A DNA stretch of 33,029 bases from an uncultured Bacteroides sp. (GTDB lineage: Bacteria; Bacteroidota; Bacteroidia; Bacteroidales; Muribaculaceae): NCBI GenBank assembly GCA_964598685.1, contig CAZRCU010000002.1, forward strand, positions 1 to 33,029, given 5' to 3'. Positions 16,663 to 26,956 of this stretch are shown one piece after another. Under the pieces are notes generated by a model. It had not been told where the DNA came from and did no database searches. It worked only from the letters and a program-made list of their open reading frames with translations. Each line of letters starts with the position of its first letter. The stretch's first letter is position 1. The translations under genes and the position numbers were made by a program.

Positions 16663-18300
16663 CTATTTGTTTTCTTTATTTACCACCGAATCGGCGGGGT
16701 CGGGCGTAGTTGGATTGTTCATCCATCGGCGGATAGAGGCCATGCGAGGTATCAGGCGTGTGACGTTGTTGCGATATGTGCTCATCATAATCAGCAGTAT
16801 CACGATTATGCCGAAAATCACCAGATACCCATAGCATTCTTTTAGCGAAAGCATCACGCTCTGACGCGACACCTCGGTGATTGTATCGCTCCACGAGGGC
16901 ATGTCGAATGGCAGGGTGGTGCCGTCGATATTTTCAGCTGCTGTAGCGTGGTTTTTAGCAATCGACCAATTGTAGAGGCGCTGAACAATTGCTGCGCCGG
17001 CCGCGTTGCCAATGCCACAGCGCGAGTAGCCTACCGCGCTAAGACCGAAGAAAAAGAATGAAAATGGCAAGCTCTGCGATAAATACACATTTGTGATTGA
17101 CCCAATCATCACTTCGGAAATGCCTACAGCCACCAGTGGCAGATAGAATGCCTCCTTGTTTGTGTTGCCGTCGATTAGGAAATACATCGAGGCAATGTAG
17201 AATACGAGCATGCCAAACGAAAACACCAAGTAGAGCTTAGTGTTCCAACCCCATTTCACCTTTGTATAAAAGGCTAGCAGCGAGCCAAGCACCACGCCAT
17301 ACATTATGGGATAGTTGAGTGAAATCACATTGAGCGGGTCGTAGCCCAACACTCCGTTTAGATAGATTGATTGAAGCAATCGTGGTGCCGATTGCAAAAT
17401 TCCGGCCACAAATAGCCATATAATGATTTTCCACACTGCGCCATAGGAAAATATTTCCAAGTCGAGATATGGCTTATCGTGAAATCGCGAACGGCTCCAA
17501 GCCAGAACGAAAAACACTGCAGTGACGAGCGTGGCAATCCAAATTGGGCGGCTGCGCCACCATTCGTAGTGCTCGCCGTAGCAGAATAGCCACATGCCTG
17601 AAATGATGAATCCACTCCATAGCAGGAAGCCCAAATAGTCTAATCCCTTGAGCGACATATATGGCCCGGGCCGATGGTCGGGCTTCATTAAAAAGTAGAC
17701 CAAAGCCACGTGAATCATCAGCAGCGCAATCACAAAAAGGTTCATCAATCGCCAATTGCCATAGTAGGTGAGGTAGGCTGTGGTGAGGCCCGACAGATAT
17801 GTGCCGCCCACCACCATAAAATATACCACAGGAAAAAACACGCAGTAGTTTCGAGCCGGAGTGACGCACAGGCGGAAATTGCTGGTGCATCCAAACATAC
17901 CCAACATTTTAAATATTCCGGCGATAAAACTTGCACCATACACCACCCACGGCACATTGACGTTCATAGTGATGGCGGTGCAAAACATCAGCCCGATACC
18001 CGACACAAAAAACAGCTGGCGGCTGTACATCGCAAATTTCAGACGATACATCACCGGAAAACACACTGTGATGCCTGCAATCATGCAATATCCGGCCATT
18101 TGCACGTCCTCGCTTAGAAATGATATTTCGCTCACCATCTGATTCATCGACGACAAATTGATGCTGCCGGCGTATTGATAGAGAAAGCCGAAATATAGCA
18201 GTAGCCACACTCGCATGCGCCTTGGCACCCAATCGCGATACATTAGCAATTGGCGTGTGCGAATGATGGAATTGCCTGTTTTATAGACTGCCTTTCCCAT
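16663..18300 (-). CDS. MFS efflux permease (EmrB/DHA2-like)
   Basis: About 14 TM segments; Bacteroidales-type DWVP...SEDVQMA; TAATG coupling to the HlyD gene. Confidence 0.85.
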   Translation of the reverse strand: MGKAVYKTGNSIIRTRQLLMYRDWVPRRMRVWLLLYFGFLYQYAGSINLSSMNQMVSEISFLSEDVQMAGYCMIAGITVCFPVMYRLKFAMYSRQLFFVSGIGLMFCTAITMNVNVPWVVYGASFIAGIFKMLGMFGCTSNFRLCVTPARNYCVFFPVVYFMVVGGTYLSGLTTAYLTYYGNWRLMNLFVIALLMIHVALVYFLMKPDHRPGPYMSLKGLDYLGFLLWSGFIISGMWLFCYGEHYEWWRSRPIWIATLVTAVFFVLAWSRSRFHDKPYLDLEIFSYGAVWKIIIWLFVAGILQSAPRLLQSIYLNGVLGYDPLNVISLNYPIMYGVVLGSLLAFYTKVKWGWNTKLYLVFSFGMLVFYIASMYFLIDGNTNKEAFYLPLVAVGISEVMIGSITNVYLSQSLPFSFFFFGLSAVGYSRCGIGNAAGAAIVQRLYNWSIAKNHATAAENIDGTTLPFDMPSWSDTITEVSRQSVMLSLKECYGYLVIFGIIVILLIMMSTYRNNVTRLIPRMASIRRWMNNPTTPDPADSVVNKENK

Positions 18301-19334
18301 TAATCCATCATTTCACATTCCACATTCAGGCCGGCGCGGAGCAGGCTTATGTCTTTGGCTGTGTTGTCGTGGGTAAAGCGGATTTTTACCGGCAGACGTT
18401 GCTCTACTTTCACAAAATTGCCGGTGGCATTATCTTGCGGCACCAACGAATATTGAGCACCTGTGGCATTGGAAATTGCTTCAATCACGCCCACATAGGT
18501 CTTGCCGGGGATCGCATCGACGGTGATTTTCACCTTATCGCCGATTTTCATCTTCGACGTTTGGCTTTCCTTGTAATTGGCAATTACCCATACATCATTT
18601 TCGTCGACAATCGACAGCAATGTTTGGCCCGGCTGCACCAGCTGGCCCACTTGCAGGTTGCGACGCGATGTGTAGCCGTCGACCGGCGCTGTGATTACAG
18701 TGTAGGAAAGATTGAGCTTGGCAAGCTCAACACTGGCTTGTGCAAGCTCTATGCTGGCGTCGTGTTGGCCCAATTGCTGTGCTTTCTCGTCTTTGGCAAG
18801 AACGGTCGACTGCTTTTGGCGGCACAGCATTTCATATTTAGCCTTAAGTGTTTCATATTTTGTGCGCGCATCGTCGTATTGCTTAGGCGTCACGGCTTTA
18901 TCATCGAGCAGCGATTTATAGCGTTCAAAGTCGCGTGCGGCATTTTCCATCTCCACTCGTGTGCCTTCAATCGAGGCTTCGCTCACACTGATTTCGCTGG
19001 CGGTGGTGTTGATTGATGCATTGACAGTGGATTTGCCCGATACGGCATTTTGCACCTGGGTGTAGGCTTGAGCAAGCGCCAAGGCATATTCGGCATCATC
19101 AATTATAATTAATGTGTCGCCTTTATGCACATAGGTGTATTCGTCAAAGCGAATCTCTTTGATATAGCCTTGCACGCGAGCATTGATCGGCACAATCTGG
19201 CGGCGCACTTGTGCATTATCGGTGAATGTAGATATATTAAACTTGACAAATTCTGCGGCGATCCACCATAGGCCGATGGCCAGAACCAATAGCACGAAAA
19301 TATTTTGGGCGAGTCTTCTTGTTTTACGATTCAT
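18300..19334 (-). CDS. HlyD/EmrA-family membrane fusion protein
   Basis: TDNAQV, INARVQGYIKEI, YTVITAPVDG, ANYKESQ, DNATGNFVKVEQRLPVKI. Confidence 0.95.
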   Translation of the reverse strand: MNRKTRRLAQNIFVLLVLAIGLWWIAAEFVKFNISTFTDNAQVRRQIVPINARVQGYIKEIRFDEYTYVHKGDTLIIIDDAEYALALAQAYTQVQNAVSGKSTVNASINTTASEISVSEASIEGTRVEMENAARDFERYKSLLDDKAVTPKQYDDARTKYETLKAKYEMLCRQKQSTVLAKDEKAQQLGQHDASIELAQASVELAKLNLSYTVITAPVDGYTSRRNLQVGQLVQPGQTLLSIVDENDVWVIANYKESQTSKMKIGDKVKITVDAIPGKTYVGVIEAISNATGAQYSLVPQDNATGNFVKVEQRLPVKIRFTHDNTAKDISLLRAGLNVECEMMD

Positions 19335-19340
19335 AGGACT

Positions 19341-20654
19341 TTAAATTATACCTGAAAGATATTTGAGTTGGAAATAATAATATAGCACATCTACTTGAGC
19401 GTTGACCAATCTTGTCTCGGCATCAAGCTTGGCTGCTGAGGCATCAAGCATATCGGTGAGCAGTGAAAGATCGTTGTTGTAGCGACGCTCTACGATGCGA
19501 TAATTTTCCGAGGCGAGTGCCACGTTTTTCTCTTGAGTAGTTACGTGCTCGATAGCCTCGATATAGCTTTTGTAGGCGCGGTCGAGATTTCGGTCGATCG
19601 CTTCTTCTTGAGAGGTGCGCGCATCGTGTAGGCGCTCGGTTTCGAGCTTTGCTGCCTGCAATTTGTGATTTGATTTATAAAATGCCGATGGCGAAAACGA
19701 CACACTGAATCCCACATACCAGCGGCCAAGATTCTTGTCGAGCACCGGAGTGTGAGTGGTGATTGGGGCCGCCACCGATGCTCCCGCATTTAAGCCTATC
19801 TTAGGCATACGCTCGCTTTTGATAAGGTCTTCATTGGCCGATGCATCGGCGTGCTGAAGTTCAAAGCTCTTTAGCGACGGTGATTCTTGGCGGCTGAGCG
19901 TCACCCAATGTGAGAGTGGCGCAGCCGAGAAATTGATTCGCTCAAAATCAATCGTCGGCACAATTGAGTCGGCCTCGTTAAGATGCAAATAGCTCACCAG
20001 GCTGTAGTTGAGATTGTTGATTGTGTTTACCACTGTCAGCCGGTCGTAGCGCAAGTTCGACAGATTCAAGTCATAGCGAGTTACGTCGTTGGCAAGCACA
20101 AGCCCCTGATTAGCGCGAGCACGCATTTCATCAATCAATTCGCCGGTGATGCGGATATTTTCGTCGTAGACACTGAGCAAATTGCGATTCTTGAAAAGCT
20201 CTAAATAATATTGCAAAATCAGCATTTTCATCTGATCTTCCACCAGGGTGGCATTATTTTCAGCGATGTCGGTCTGAGCATCGGCTCGGCGGATTTTGGC
20301 TGTTACTTCGCCGCCTGTGTAAAGCGGTTGATACACAGTCACTCCAAATGCGTTGCCCCAGTGAGTCATTGGCGAGCGAGTGGCATTTGTGAAATCGCGG
20401 TCGAGCACAAACGTGTTTCCTAAATAATTTCCTTCGAGCGCTACGCCGATGTCGGGTAAGCGGCTGTCTTTAGCGGCAAGGCCTCGCATTGATGAAATCG
20501 CAACATCTTTGCGCGCGAGCCTCACCTCGCTGTTTTCTGCTTCTACACGTTGGAATAAGTCTTCGATGGAAAGCGTGTACGACTCGGCCTGCGCCCCAAT
20601 CGCGCAAGTACACAGCAAACCCATCACAAACCCAAAATTGTACCTATAATTCAT
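19341..20654 (-). CDS. TolC-family outer-membrane efflux protein
   Basis: Signal peptide; RLPDI..., QPLYTGG, ENYRIVERRY..LSLLTDMLDA OEP repeats. Confidence 0.92.
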   Translation of the reverse strand: MNYRYNFGFVMGLLCTCAIGAQAESYTLSIEDLFQRVEAENSEVRLARKDVAISSMRGLAAKDSRLPDIGVALEGNYLGNTFVLDRDFTNATRSPMTHWGNAFGVTVYQPLYTGGEVTAKIRRADAQTDIAENNATLVEDQMKMLILQYYLELFKNRNLLSVYDENIRITGELIDEMRARANQGLVLANDVTRYDLNLSNLRYDRLTVVNTINNLNYSLVSYLHLNEADSIVPTIDFERINFSAAPLSHWVTLSRQESPSLKSFELQHADASANEDLIKSERMPKIGLNAGASVAAPITTHTPVLDKNLGRWYVGFSVSFSPSAFYKSNHKLQAAKLETERLHDARTSQEEAIDRNLDRAYKSYIEAIEHVTTQEKNVALASENYRIVERRYNNDLSLLTDMLDASAAKLDAETRLVNAQVDVLYYYFQLKYLSGII

Positions 20655-20682
20655 CTTTTACTACTAATTAGCATTATTTGTG

Positions 20683-20690
20683 CAAAATTA
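20683..20690 (-). promoter_or_regulatory. -7 promoter of the efflux operon
   Basis: Minus-strand TAATTTTG(CAC) 28 bp upstream of the tolC ATG. Confidence 0.7.
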
Positions 20691-20711
20691 CGACTTATAA
20701 TGCTAATCCAG

Positions 20712-20751
20712 TGTGCTGTGCGGCTCAATGAATTGTGCTGTGTGGCTCAAT
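20712..20751. promoter_or_regulatory. Tandem 18-bp direct repeat, probable AraC operator
   Basis: TGTGCTGTGCGGCTCAAT (20712-20729) and TGTGCTGTGTGGCTCAAT (20734-20751), 17/18 identical, 22-bp period. Confidence 0.75.
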
Positions 20752-20761
20752 AGCTCGCTAT

Positions 20762-21592
20762 CTAACGCCGGGCGCGAGTCTGCGATGGTGTGATGCCAAA
20801 TTTCTCGCGATATACACGTGAAAAATGCGAGAAGTTTTTAAAGCCTACATCGCTCATTATTTGATTAATAGGGCGATTAGTTGATAGTAGCAGCTGCTGC
20901 GCGGCCTGTAGACGACGTTGAATTATCCAAGTGCGCGGCGACAGCTCGCTCAGCTTTTTAAAGTCGCGCTTGAACGTGGCCACGCTGCGGCCTGTGTATC
21001 GTGCTATCTCGTCGATGGTGAGCTCATACATATAATTCCGCTCCATAAAGTCGATAATATCAAGTCGCCATCTTGCCGTGAAGTCCAGCAATGATGTATA
21101 TGCGTTTTGATTAACTTGAGAGAGAAATCTCACCGCTTCGAGCACCTTCATCTCAAGCCATCCGCGTCCGGGCCGCTCGTGCGCCAGCCAATACGGCCTA
21201 AACGAGTCGAATAGGCTTGTAAGCATCGAGGATTTCTGGATTTTGAAGACCGATTGATTGTTTCCCACCACATCCTTGGGCAAATCCTCGTCAGGGAGAG
21301 ATTTATAGAAATCAAATAACATCGGCCGTGGAAAGAATATTATTACAATCAGCTGATAGCCAATTTGCTCAGATGGGTAATTCACAAACGTCAGACGGCT
21401 GCCTTTGCGCACAAACACACATTCGTTTTCCTTTACCACCGCCACCAGATGCCCGTTTTCCATCACATCCATTCCACCTCGGGCAGCATATGCCAAGGCG
21501 TGCTCGCTCACGTTAATGCAACATTCCCCGGGCGAGTCGCTGCGATAGGTGGCAAACACATCTTCTGTGCTTAAATTTATTGGTCTTGCCAT
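20762..21592 (-). CDS. AraC-family transcriptional regulator
   Basis: IARYTGRSVATFKRDFK and VGFKNFSHFSRVYREKFGITPS double HTH; cupin-like N-terminus; ATG 21592 preferred. Confidence 0.95.
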   Translation of the reverse strand: MARPINLSTEDVFATYRSDSPGECCINVSEHALAYAARGGMDVMENGHLVAVVKENECVFVRKGSRLTFVNYPSEQIGYQLIVIIFFPRPMLFDFYKSLPDEDLPKDVVGNNQSVFKIQKSSMLTSLFDSFRPYWLAHERPGRGWLEMKVLEAVRFLSQVNQNAYTSLLDFTARWRLDIIDFMERNYMYELTIDEIARYTGRSVATFKRDFKKLSELSPRTWIIQRRLQAAQQLLLSTNRPINQIMSDVGFKNFSHFSRVYREKFGITPSQTRARR

Positions 21593-21661
21593 GAATTTGG
21601 TGGTTATGAGGGTTGTCCGAGAGAGTAGGGCGCTAAGGCGCCGCGATAGCAAGGCGGGGGA

Positions 21662-22036
21662 TTAGTTGTGTTGCTGATCCCAATTGTCGATGTCGTCTTG
21701 CATAAAATCGTAGAGACTTTTGTGGATGTTCATTGCGATATATTCGTCGGCATAGTTCACCTCGGCATAGCTCACAAAATTATCCATTTCAAGCTCTATA
21801 ATCGGATCTTCCTGTTTCAGCACCTCTTGCAATGTGTCGAGCAGATTATCGGTGGTCGGGAGCAATATGATATGTGAATCGGCGATCATATCTTCTGAAT
21901 CAATATCGGGCGGCACAATCTTATATTCGTCGCCAACTTTCTCGATTTGAATGATTTCGGCTTCTATTGCAGTGACCATATTGCCGTTGTACGACACCGG
22001 ATCCTTTACCTTTTCAATCATGAAATGCTTTAGCAT
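21662..22036 (-). CDS. Hypothetical acidic protein
   Basis: Very D/E-rich ORF; minus-strand TAACTTTG promoter at 22060-22067. Confidence 0.7.
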   Translation of the reverse strand: MLKHFMIEKVKDPVSYNGNMVTAIEAEIIQIEKVGDEYKIVPPDIDSEDMIADSHIILLPTTDNLLDTLQEVLKQEDPIIELEMDNFVSYAEVNYADEYIAMNIHKSLYDFMQDDIDNWDQQHN

Positions 22037-22095
22037 GTGCACACTTTTTTATTTGCACCCAAAGTTACGCATTTTCCATGATATTTGAAAGCACT

Positions 22096-22299
22096 CTATT
22101 TGCGGTGAGATGCTATGTTGGCAATGTTGTAGAGTAGCAGCCCGAATGTAACGATGACAAGTGAGAATATCGGCGCGGGCACATCATCTTCGTTCATTGC
22201 GATAAATGGCACCGTCAGACCAAAAATAGTCCAAATTATTGAGCAAAGTTTAAGCAAATTTGCTGCTGTAATGTAGCGTTTTAGAATATCTTTTTTCAT
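22096..22299 (-). CDS. Small two-TM membrane protein
   Basis: 67 aa, two hydrophobic helices, ATG in A-rich context. Confidence 0.65.
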   Translation of the reverse strand: MKKDILKRYITAANLLKLCSIIWTIFGLTVPFIAMNEDDVPAPIFSLVIVTFGLLLYNIANIASHRK

Positions 22300-22344
22300 G
22301 ATAGCTGTTTTATTTTAAAACGCAACACGATAAAGAATATTGCT

Positions 22345-23766
22345 TTATGCTGCCATCGGTTTCTCTTTGTAGCTGTGGAGCCAACTATTCGAGAACATTC
22401 GCCATAAAAATATGCCGCCACGGAAGCTGAGTTCCACTGCCATCGCAATCCACACGCCTCTGAGGCCCATTGTCGGGGCTAAAATTGCTGCCAACGGAAT
22501 GCGCACCACCCAGATGCTGCCGAAATTCATCACGGCCGGCAGCATTGTGTCGCCTACGCCCACAAATGCGCCATATGCCACGATTGAGGCTGCATACAGT
22601 GGCTCGGCCCACGCTTCGATTCTCAGCACCTCGGTGCCAAGTTGGCAAATCTCGCCCACGTCGGTCATAATGCCCATCATAAATGGCGCGCAGAAATATA
22701 ATATTGTGCCCATTAGCGACATCACCGCCACGCCTAACGCTACATTGAGATGGCAAAATCTTACTACCAAATCGCGGCGTCCGGCTCCATAACTTTGCCC
22801 TACGAGAGTGGTGGCCGCTTCGCCGATGCCAAAGCCCGGCATGTAACAAAGGCTCTCAGCTGTCACCGCAAATGAATTTGCAGCAATCGCCACTACGCCA
22901 ATCGGCGCCACGATTATGGTAATCATCACTTGTGCGCCGCAGAAAATTGCGTGTTCCAATGTCATCGGCGCTGATATTTTTACGGCACGTCGCAGCACGG
23001 TCTCGCTGGGCCGAAAGCTGCCGATTTGTCGTCCGCGCAGCTTCATCTCGGGCTGTACACATAGCATATACCACATCATTATGCACGCTGTGATAATCTC
23101 TGCCGCCACAGTGCCAAGCGCTGCTCCGGCCACGCCCATGCCGGCGCCCGGCATAGTGATGTCGGTCCCGCCGATATTTATATCGCGAGTCGGAAATATC
23201 AGAAACCAGTTGAATATCACGTCGAGCACGCACATGCCCACGTTTAAAAGCGATGGCACCTTCATATTGCCTGCCGAGCGCAGAATGCCGCCGGCCAGGT
23301 AATTCATTGTGAGCAGAGGCAGCGCTGCCACGAAAATCAAAAAGTAGGACGATGCTGCCGGCGCGATTGTGGCATTCCCGCCGAGCCACAAGGGTAGGGC
23401 ACCTGAAATCGCCACGCCAATCAGCATGATTATTGCGCTGATGATTAGGCACGATGTGATGCCTTGTCGCATTACGTCGCGAGCGCCTGCTTGATCTTTT
23501 CCACCAAGCCGGTGCGCCACCTGAACCGAGAATCCGGTGGTCACAGCCGAGCATAGTCCCCAAAACAGCCACAATGAACTGCTCATTAATCCCACCGATG
23601 CAGCGCCGTCGGCCCCGAGGCGCCCCACCATTGATGCGTCGATATACTGCATCAAGATGCTCGACAATTGTGCGAGAATTGCCGGAAGTGCCAATTGTGC
23701 GGTTAAGATTGCTTGGCGACGCAGCGATATTGGCGTGCCGTTTTGTATGAGAGATAAGTCGGCCAA
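22345..23766 (-). CDS. MATE family efflux transporter
   Basis: LALPAIL, YIDASMVGRLG, LRSAGNMKVP, GAALGT, ATTLVGQSYGA, GVGDT; TTG start. Confidence 0.93.
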   Translation of the reverse strand: MADLSLIQNGTPISLRRQAILTAQLALPAILAQLSSILMQYIDASMVGRLGADGAASVGLMSSSLWLFWGLCSAVTTGFSVQVAHRLGGKDQAGARDVMRQGITSCLIISAIIMLIGVAISGALPLWLGGNATIAPAASSYFLIFVAALPLLTMNYLAGGILRSAGNMKVPSLLNVGMCVLDVIFNWFLIFPTRDINIGGTDITMPGAGMGVAGAALGTVAAEIITACIMMWYMLCVQPEMKLRGRQIGSFRPSETVLRRAVKISAPMTLEHAIFCGAQVMITIIVAPIGVVAIAANSFAVTAESLCYMPGFGIGEAATTLVGQSYGAGRRDLVVRFCHLNVALGVAVMSLMGTILYFCAPFMMGIMTDVGEICQLGTEVLRIEAWAEPLYAASIVAYGAFVGVGDTMLPAVMNFGSIWVVRIPLAAILAPTMGLRGVWIAMAVELSFRGGIFLWRMFSNSWLHSYKEKPMAA

Positions 23767-23782
23767 AAGGGGGCGAATTTGG

Positions 23783-25486
23783 TTAATCTTTTTTGTTGCG
23801 AGCTTCTTCCATTAGCTGGTCCATTGCTTTCGGAATAACGAAGACATCGGCCGGTCCAAGCGGTCGCATGCCATCGAATTGCTTGAATTTCGACAGAAAC
23901 AGTTTCGATCGACGCATCATAAACAAAGGTGTCACATTGCCGGTGGTCTCAGGCCACATTTTTACATACTCTGTGCTGTTGCCCTTGAATAGTGCTGTAA
24001 GAAAAGAGCTTTGAGAATCCACTTGCTTATTGATTGTGGAATCCACTTCCTCGGGATACATAATCAGCTCGACATTGCCATTTATATCGAGGCGTTTCAG
24101 CTCTCTATTTTCAAAATAAGCCAGCATCTCTTTGCCGGAAAGCTGGTTGTAATAGTCGTCGACAATCTTCTCTGAGCAGAATCCAAATTCCGGCAGATGT
24201 GCACGATCGATCGTCGAATCGTTCATGTGCAGTTCAATCACGTTGCCAAACACTTGGCGGTTCTCGTTCCAAATCACCGGACTAATATACATGTGCAGGG
24301 TGGTGTCGGCTCCGGTCACTCGCATTGAATCGCAAATTCCTTGCATATCAGAGCGGTAGAATCGCACGCGCGGCCACACATCTGCCACGTTGGTGGTGTC
24401 GGTGCGGCTGGTGGCTTCTATAGCCGGAGTGCCCAAAATTGTGTCGGCCTCCACTCCCGGGATTTCAACAGTCGATAGCAAGCGATATGTGTTGATTTGC
24501 CCGCCATGAAGATATAGAGTGTCGCCCTGCGAATACTCCTTTACCAATAGGCGGCCGGTGGCGTAGGCACTGTCGATTTCTTGATTAAAAAATCCATAGT
24601 CGGCTTCGATTGATGCCTGGCGCGCGCTGTCAATGCCAACCATATTGCCGTAGCAATGACCTATGCCGGTCACACGGTTGTAATAAATCGTGTCGGCAGT
24701 CAGTGTGCGGCCTTCCGGCGTTTTAATCAGCGATCGGTCGTAAAGTGCGGTAGTGTCGTTTGATGTATTATACACACCATTGGTGGTGTAGATGTTGCCG
24801 CGAGCATTTATCACCTCGCTTGGCGAATACAGCTCGGCTATGTGAGTGGCGGTGTTGTAGAAGAGCGAATCGGTGTAAATATCGAGATTGTCGTCTTTGT
24901 CGTGTCCCTCAAGGTGCACGTCGGTGTAGAAATTTGCATCTTTTGTAGATGGCACATATTCACCTTCAAGCGATGTGAGCCTGTTTTGCTTGTCGGTGAG
25001 CACTCCGCCCACAGTGTAATAGCCAAGGTCAATGCCAAGGTCGTAGACAAAAATGTCGGTCTCAAGCTTTACGTCGCGATTGATTAGCCTCACTTTCTTG
25101 CCCGCATCGGCATATAAATATGCCACTTCCGACGGCCCGTCGTAGTTGAGCTCGTCGGCAAACACAAATAGGGTGTCGCCCTGCTCCATGCGCACATTGC
25201 CAAAAGCCTCGAATGATTCCACCGTGGGGTAGTAGTGCGCGCTGTCGCAATACATTCGCATTGGCCCCTTTGAAAATTCCACGTTGTCGCGGACTGTCAT
25301 AAATGAATCTGCCTCGGCCTTGGTCAGCACTTCGGCGTGTTCCAAAAAAACACGATTACCACCGGCTCGTGAAGCCGATGGTATTTGTGGTGTGAATGTG
25401 GCCTTGCGTGGCGTTGGGCGTGCTGCGCTCATCACCAAGGCAATTGCGGCAAAGGCCGCCACGGTGGTTAGTGTGGCCCTACGCAT
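23783..25486 (-). CDS. OstA-like (LptA/LptD N-terminal beta-jellyroll) protein
   Basis: MYCDSAHYY, FEAFGNVRMEQGDTL, DMQGICDS, YNQLSGKEM; follows surA as in other Bacteroidales. Confidence 0.85.
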   Translation of the reverse strand: MRRATLTTVAAFAAIALVMSAARPTPRKATFTPQIPSASRAGGNRVFLEHAEVLTKAEADSFMTVRDNVEFSKGPMRMYCDSAHYYPTVESFEAFGNVRMEQGDTLFVFADELNYDGPSEVAYLYADAGKKVRLINRDVKLETDIFVYDLGIDLGYYTVGGVLTDKQNRLTSLEGEYVPSTKDANFYTDVHLEGHDKDDNLDIYTDSLFYNTATHIAELYSPSEVINARGNIYTTNGVYNTSNDTTALYDRSLIKTPEGRTLTADTIYYNRVTGIGHCYGNMVGIDSARQASIEADYGFFNQEIDSAYATGRLLVKEYSQGDTLYLHGGQINTYRLLSTVEIPGVEADTILGTPAIEATSRTDTTNVADVWPRVRFYRSDMQGICDSMRVTGADTTLHMYISPVIWNENRQVFGNVIELHMNDSTIDRAHLPEFGFCSEKIVDDYYNQLSGKEMLAYFENRELKRLDINGNVELIMYPEEVDSTINKQVDSQSSFLTALFKGNSTEYVKMWPETTGNVTPLFMMRRSKLFLSKFKQFDGMRPLGPADVFVIPKAMDQLMEEARNKKD

Positions 25487-25489
25487 TGC

Positions 25490-26848
25490 TTATTTCGACT
25501 TAATCCAGCCATCGTAGCGGAAGTCGCAGCCGCGCCATCCGTCCTCGATGCGTACATAAGTGCCTTTGATCTTTTCTTTGAGCCAATCGTTCACCATGCG
25601 CTCTTTGGCCGCCTCTTCATACATGTCTTTGATTTGCTGATAGTCTTCGGCCAAATTGGCTTGGTGGGCATCAATGCGATTGGTGAGCTTCACGATTGCC
25701 ACGATTTCGCGGTCGCGTGTGGGATCGCGCATAATGAATGGTGCCGAGATTTCTCCGGGCTCCAAATTGCCAACCACTTTTGCAATATCCTGTGGCAGAT
25801 CCGACATTCCGAATCTTACAGTGCCGGTCGAGCTATTCACCATCACGCCATTCGAGTTGCGGGTGTCCTTATCTTGCGAGATATATCGGGCAGCCTCCTC
25901 AAATGTGAACTTCTTATCAAGAATGTCGGCGCGCACCGAGTCGAGGCGTGTAAGTGCCTCGGTAAGATCTTTCTCAGCCACTTTTGGGCGGAGCAGGATA
26001 TGGCGAGTGTTGATGCGGTCGCCGCGCTTTTCAATCAGCTGAATGATATGGTAGCCATATTCTGTCTCAACGATTTTCGACACCTTTTTCGGGTCGTTTA
26101 GGTTGAATGCCACCGCTGCATATTCAGGCACAAGTTGGCCACGACCCATAAAGCCGATTTCGCCGCCGCGCACAGCTTCGGGGGCTTCTGAATATAGAAT
26201 CGCAAGTGTAGAAAAGTCGCTCTCGCCACGATTTACGCGGTCGGCATAATCGCGCAGACGAGCTTTCACATCTTCGATTTCTTCGCGAGGTATCACCGGA
26301 TTCAATGTCACGATTTGCACCTCAACTTGAAGGGGTACGTAGGGAATTGAATCGGTGGGCAGTTCCTTGAAATATTTGCGCACATCGGCCGGAGTCACCT
26401 TTAAATTCTTGGTGAGTGATTGGCGCACTTGGCCAATGCGATAGCGATTGCGCATGCTTGTGGCATAATTATCGCGAATATCATTATATGATTTACGGAA
26501 ATACTGTTCTACCTTTTCGCGTGAGCCCAAATTGTTGACAAGATAATTCATCTGAGCATCTACGCTTTGCATCACCATCGTTTCGCTCACTTCCACAGTG
26601 TCCAAATCGGCTTGGTGCAAGAATAGTCGTTCTACCGCTATTTGCTCGGGTATTACACAGTATGGGTCGCCTGAAATGGGAGTGCGATCTTGCTGCATCT
26701 CCTGATACATTTCTTCGATTTCCGATTTATAGATTGGTTCGTCGCCGATAATCCAAGCGACTTCTTCGATTACATTATTTTGCGCCATACACCATAGCCC
26801 GGCTGAGGCAATGATAACGGCGCTGGCAAGGGATGTCTTTAGTTTCAT
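25490..26848 (-). CDS. surA: Periplasmic chaperone / parvulin PPIase SurA
   Basis: NVIEEVAWIIGDEPI, FSTLAILYSE, GGEIGF, VETEYGYHIIQL, RHILL; ATG 26848. Confidence 0.88.
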   Translation of the reverse strand: MKLKTSLASAVIIASAGLWCMAQNNVIEEVAWIIGDEPIYKSEIEEMYQEMQQDRTPISGDPYCVIPEQIAVERLFLHQADLDTVEVSETMVMQSVDAQMNYLVNNLGSREKVEQYFRKSYNDIRDNYATSMRNRYRIGQVRQSLTKNLKVTPADVRKYFKELPTDSIPYVPLQVEVQIVTLNPVIPREEIEDVKARLRDYADRVNRGESDFSTLAILYSEAPEAVRGGEIGFMGRGQLVPEYAAVAFNLNDPKKVSKIVETEYGYHIIQLIEKRGDRINTRHILLRPKVAEKDLTEALTRLDSVRADILDKKFTFEEAARYISQDKDTRNSNGVMVNSSTGTVRFGMSDLPQDIAKVVGNLEPGEISAPFIMRDPTRDREIVAIVKLTNRIDAHQANLAEDYQQIKDMYEEAAKERMVNDWLKEKIKGTYVRIEDGWRGCDFRYDGWIKSK

Positions 26849-26956
26849 AAACGGCCGTGATGTTTTATGCAACAAAGGTACGAAAATAATTAGTATTCCT
26901 ATGTTCGGGAGTACTAAAATTAATTAATTCCAAATTGGCGCTTGCAAAGTAGCGGA

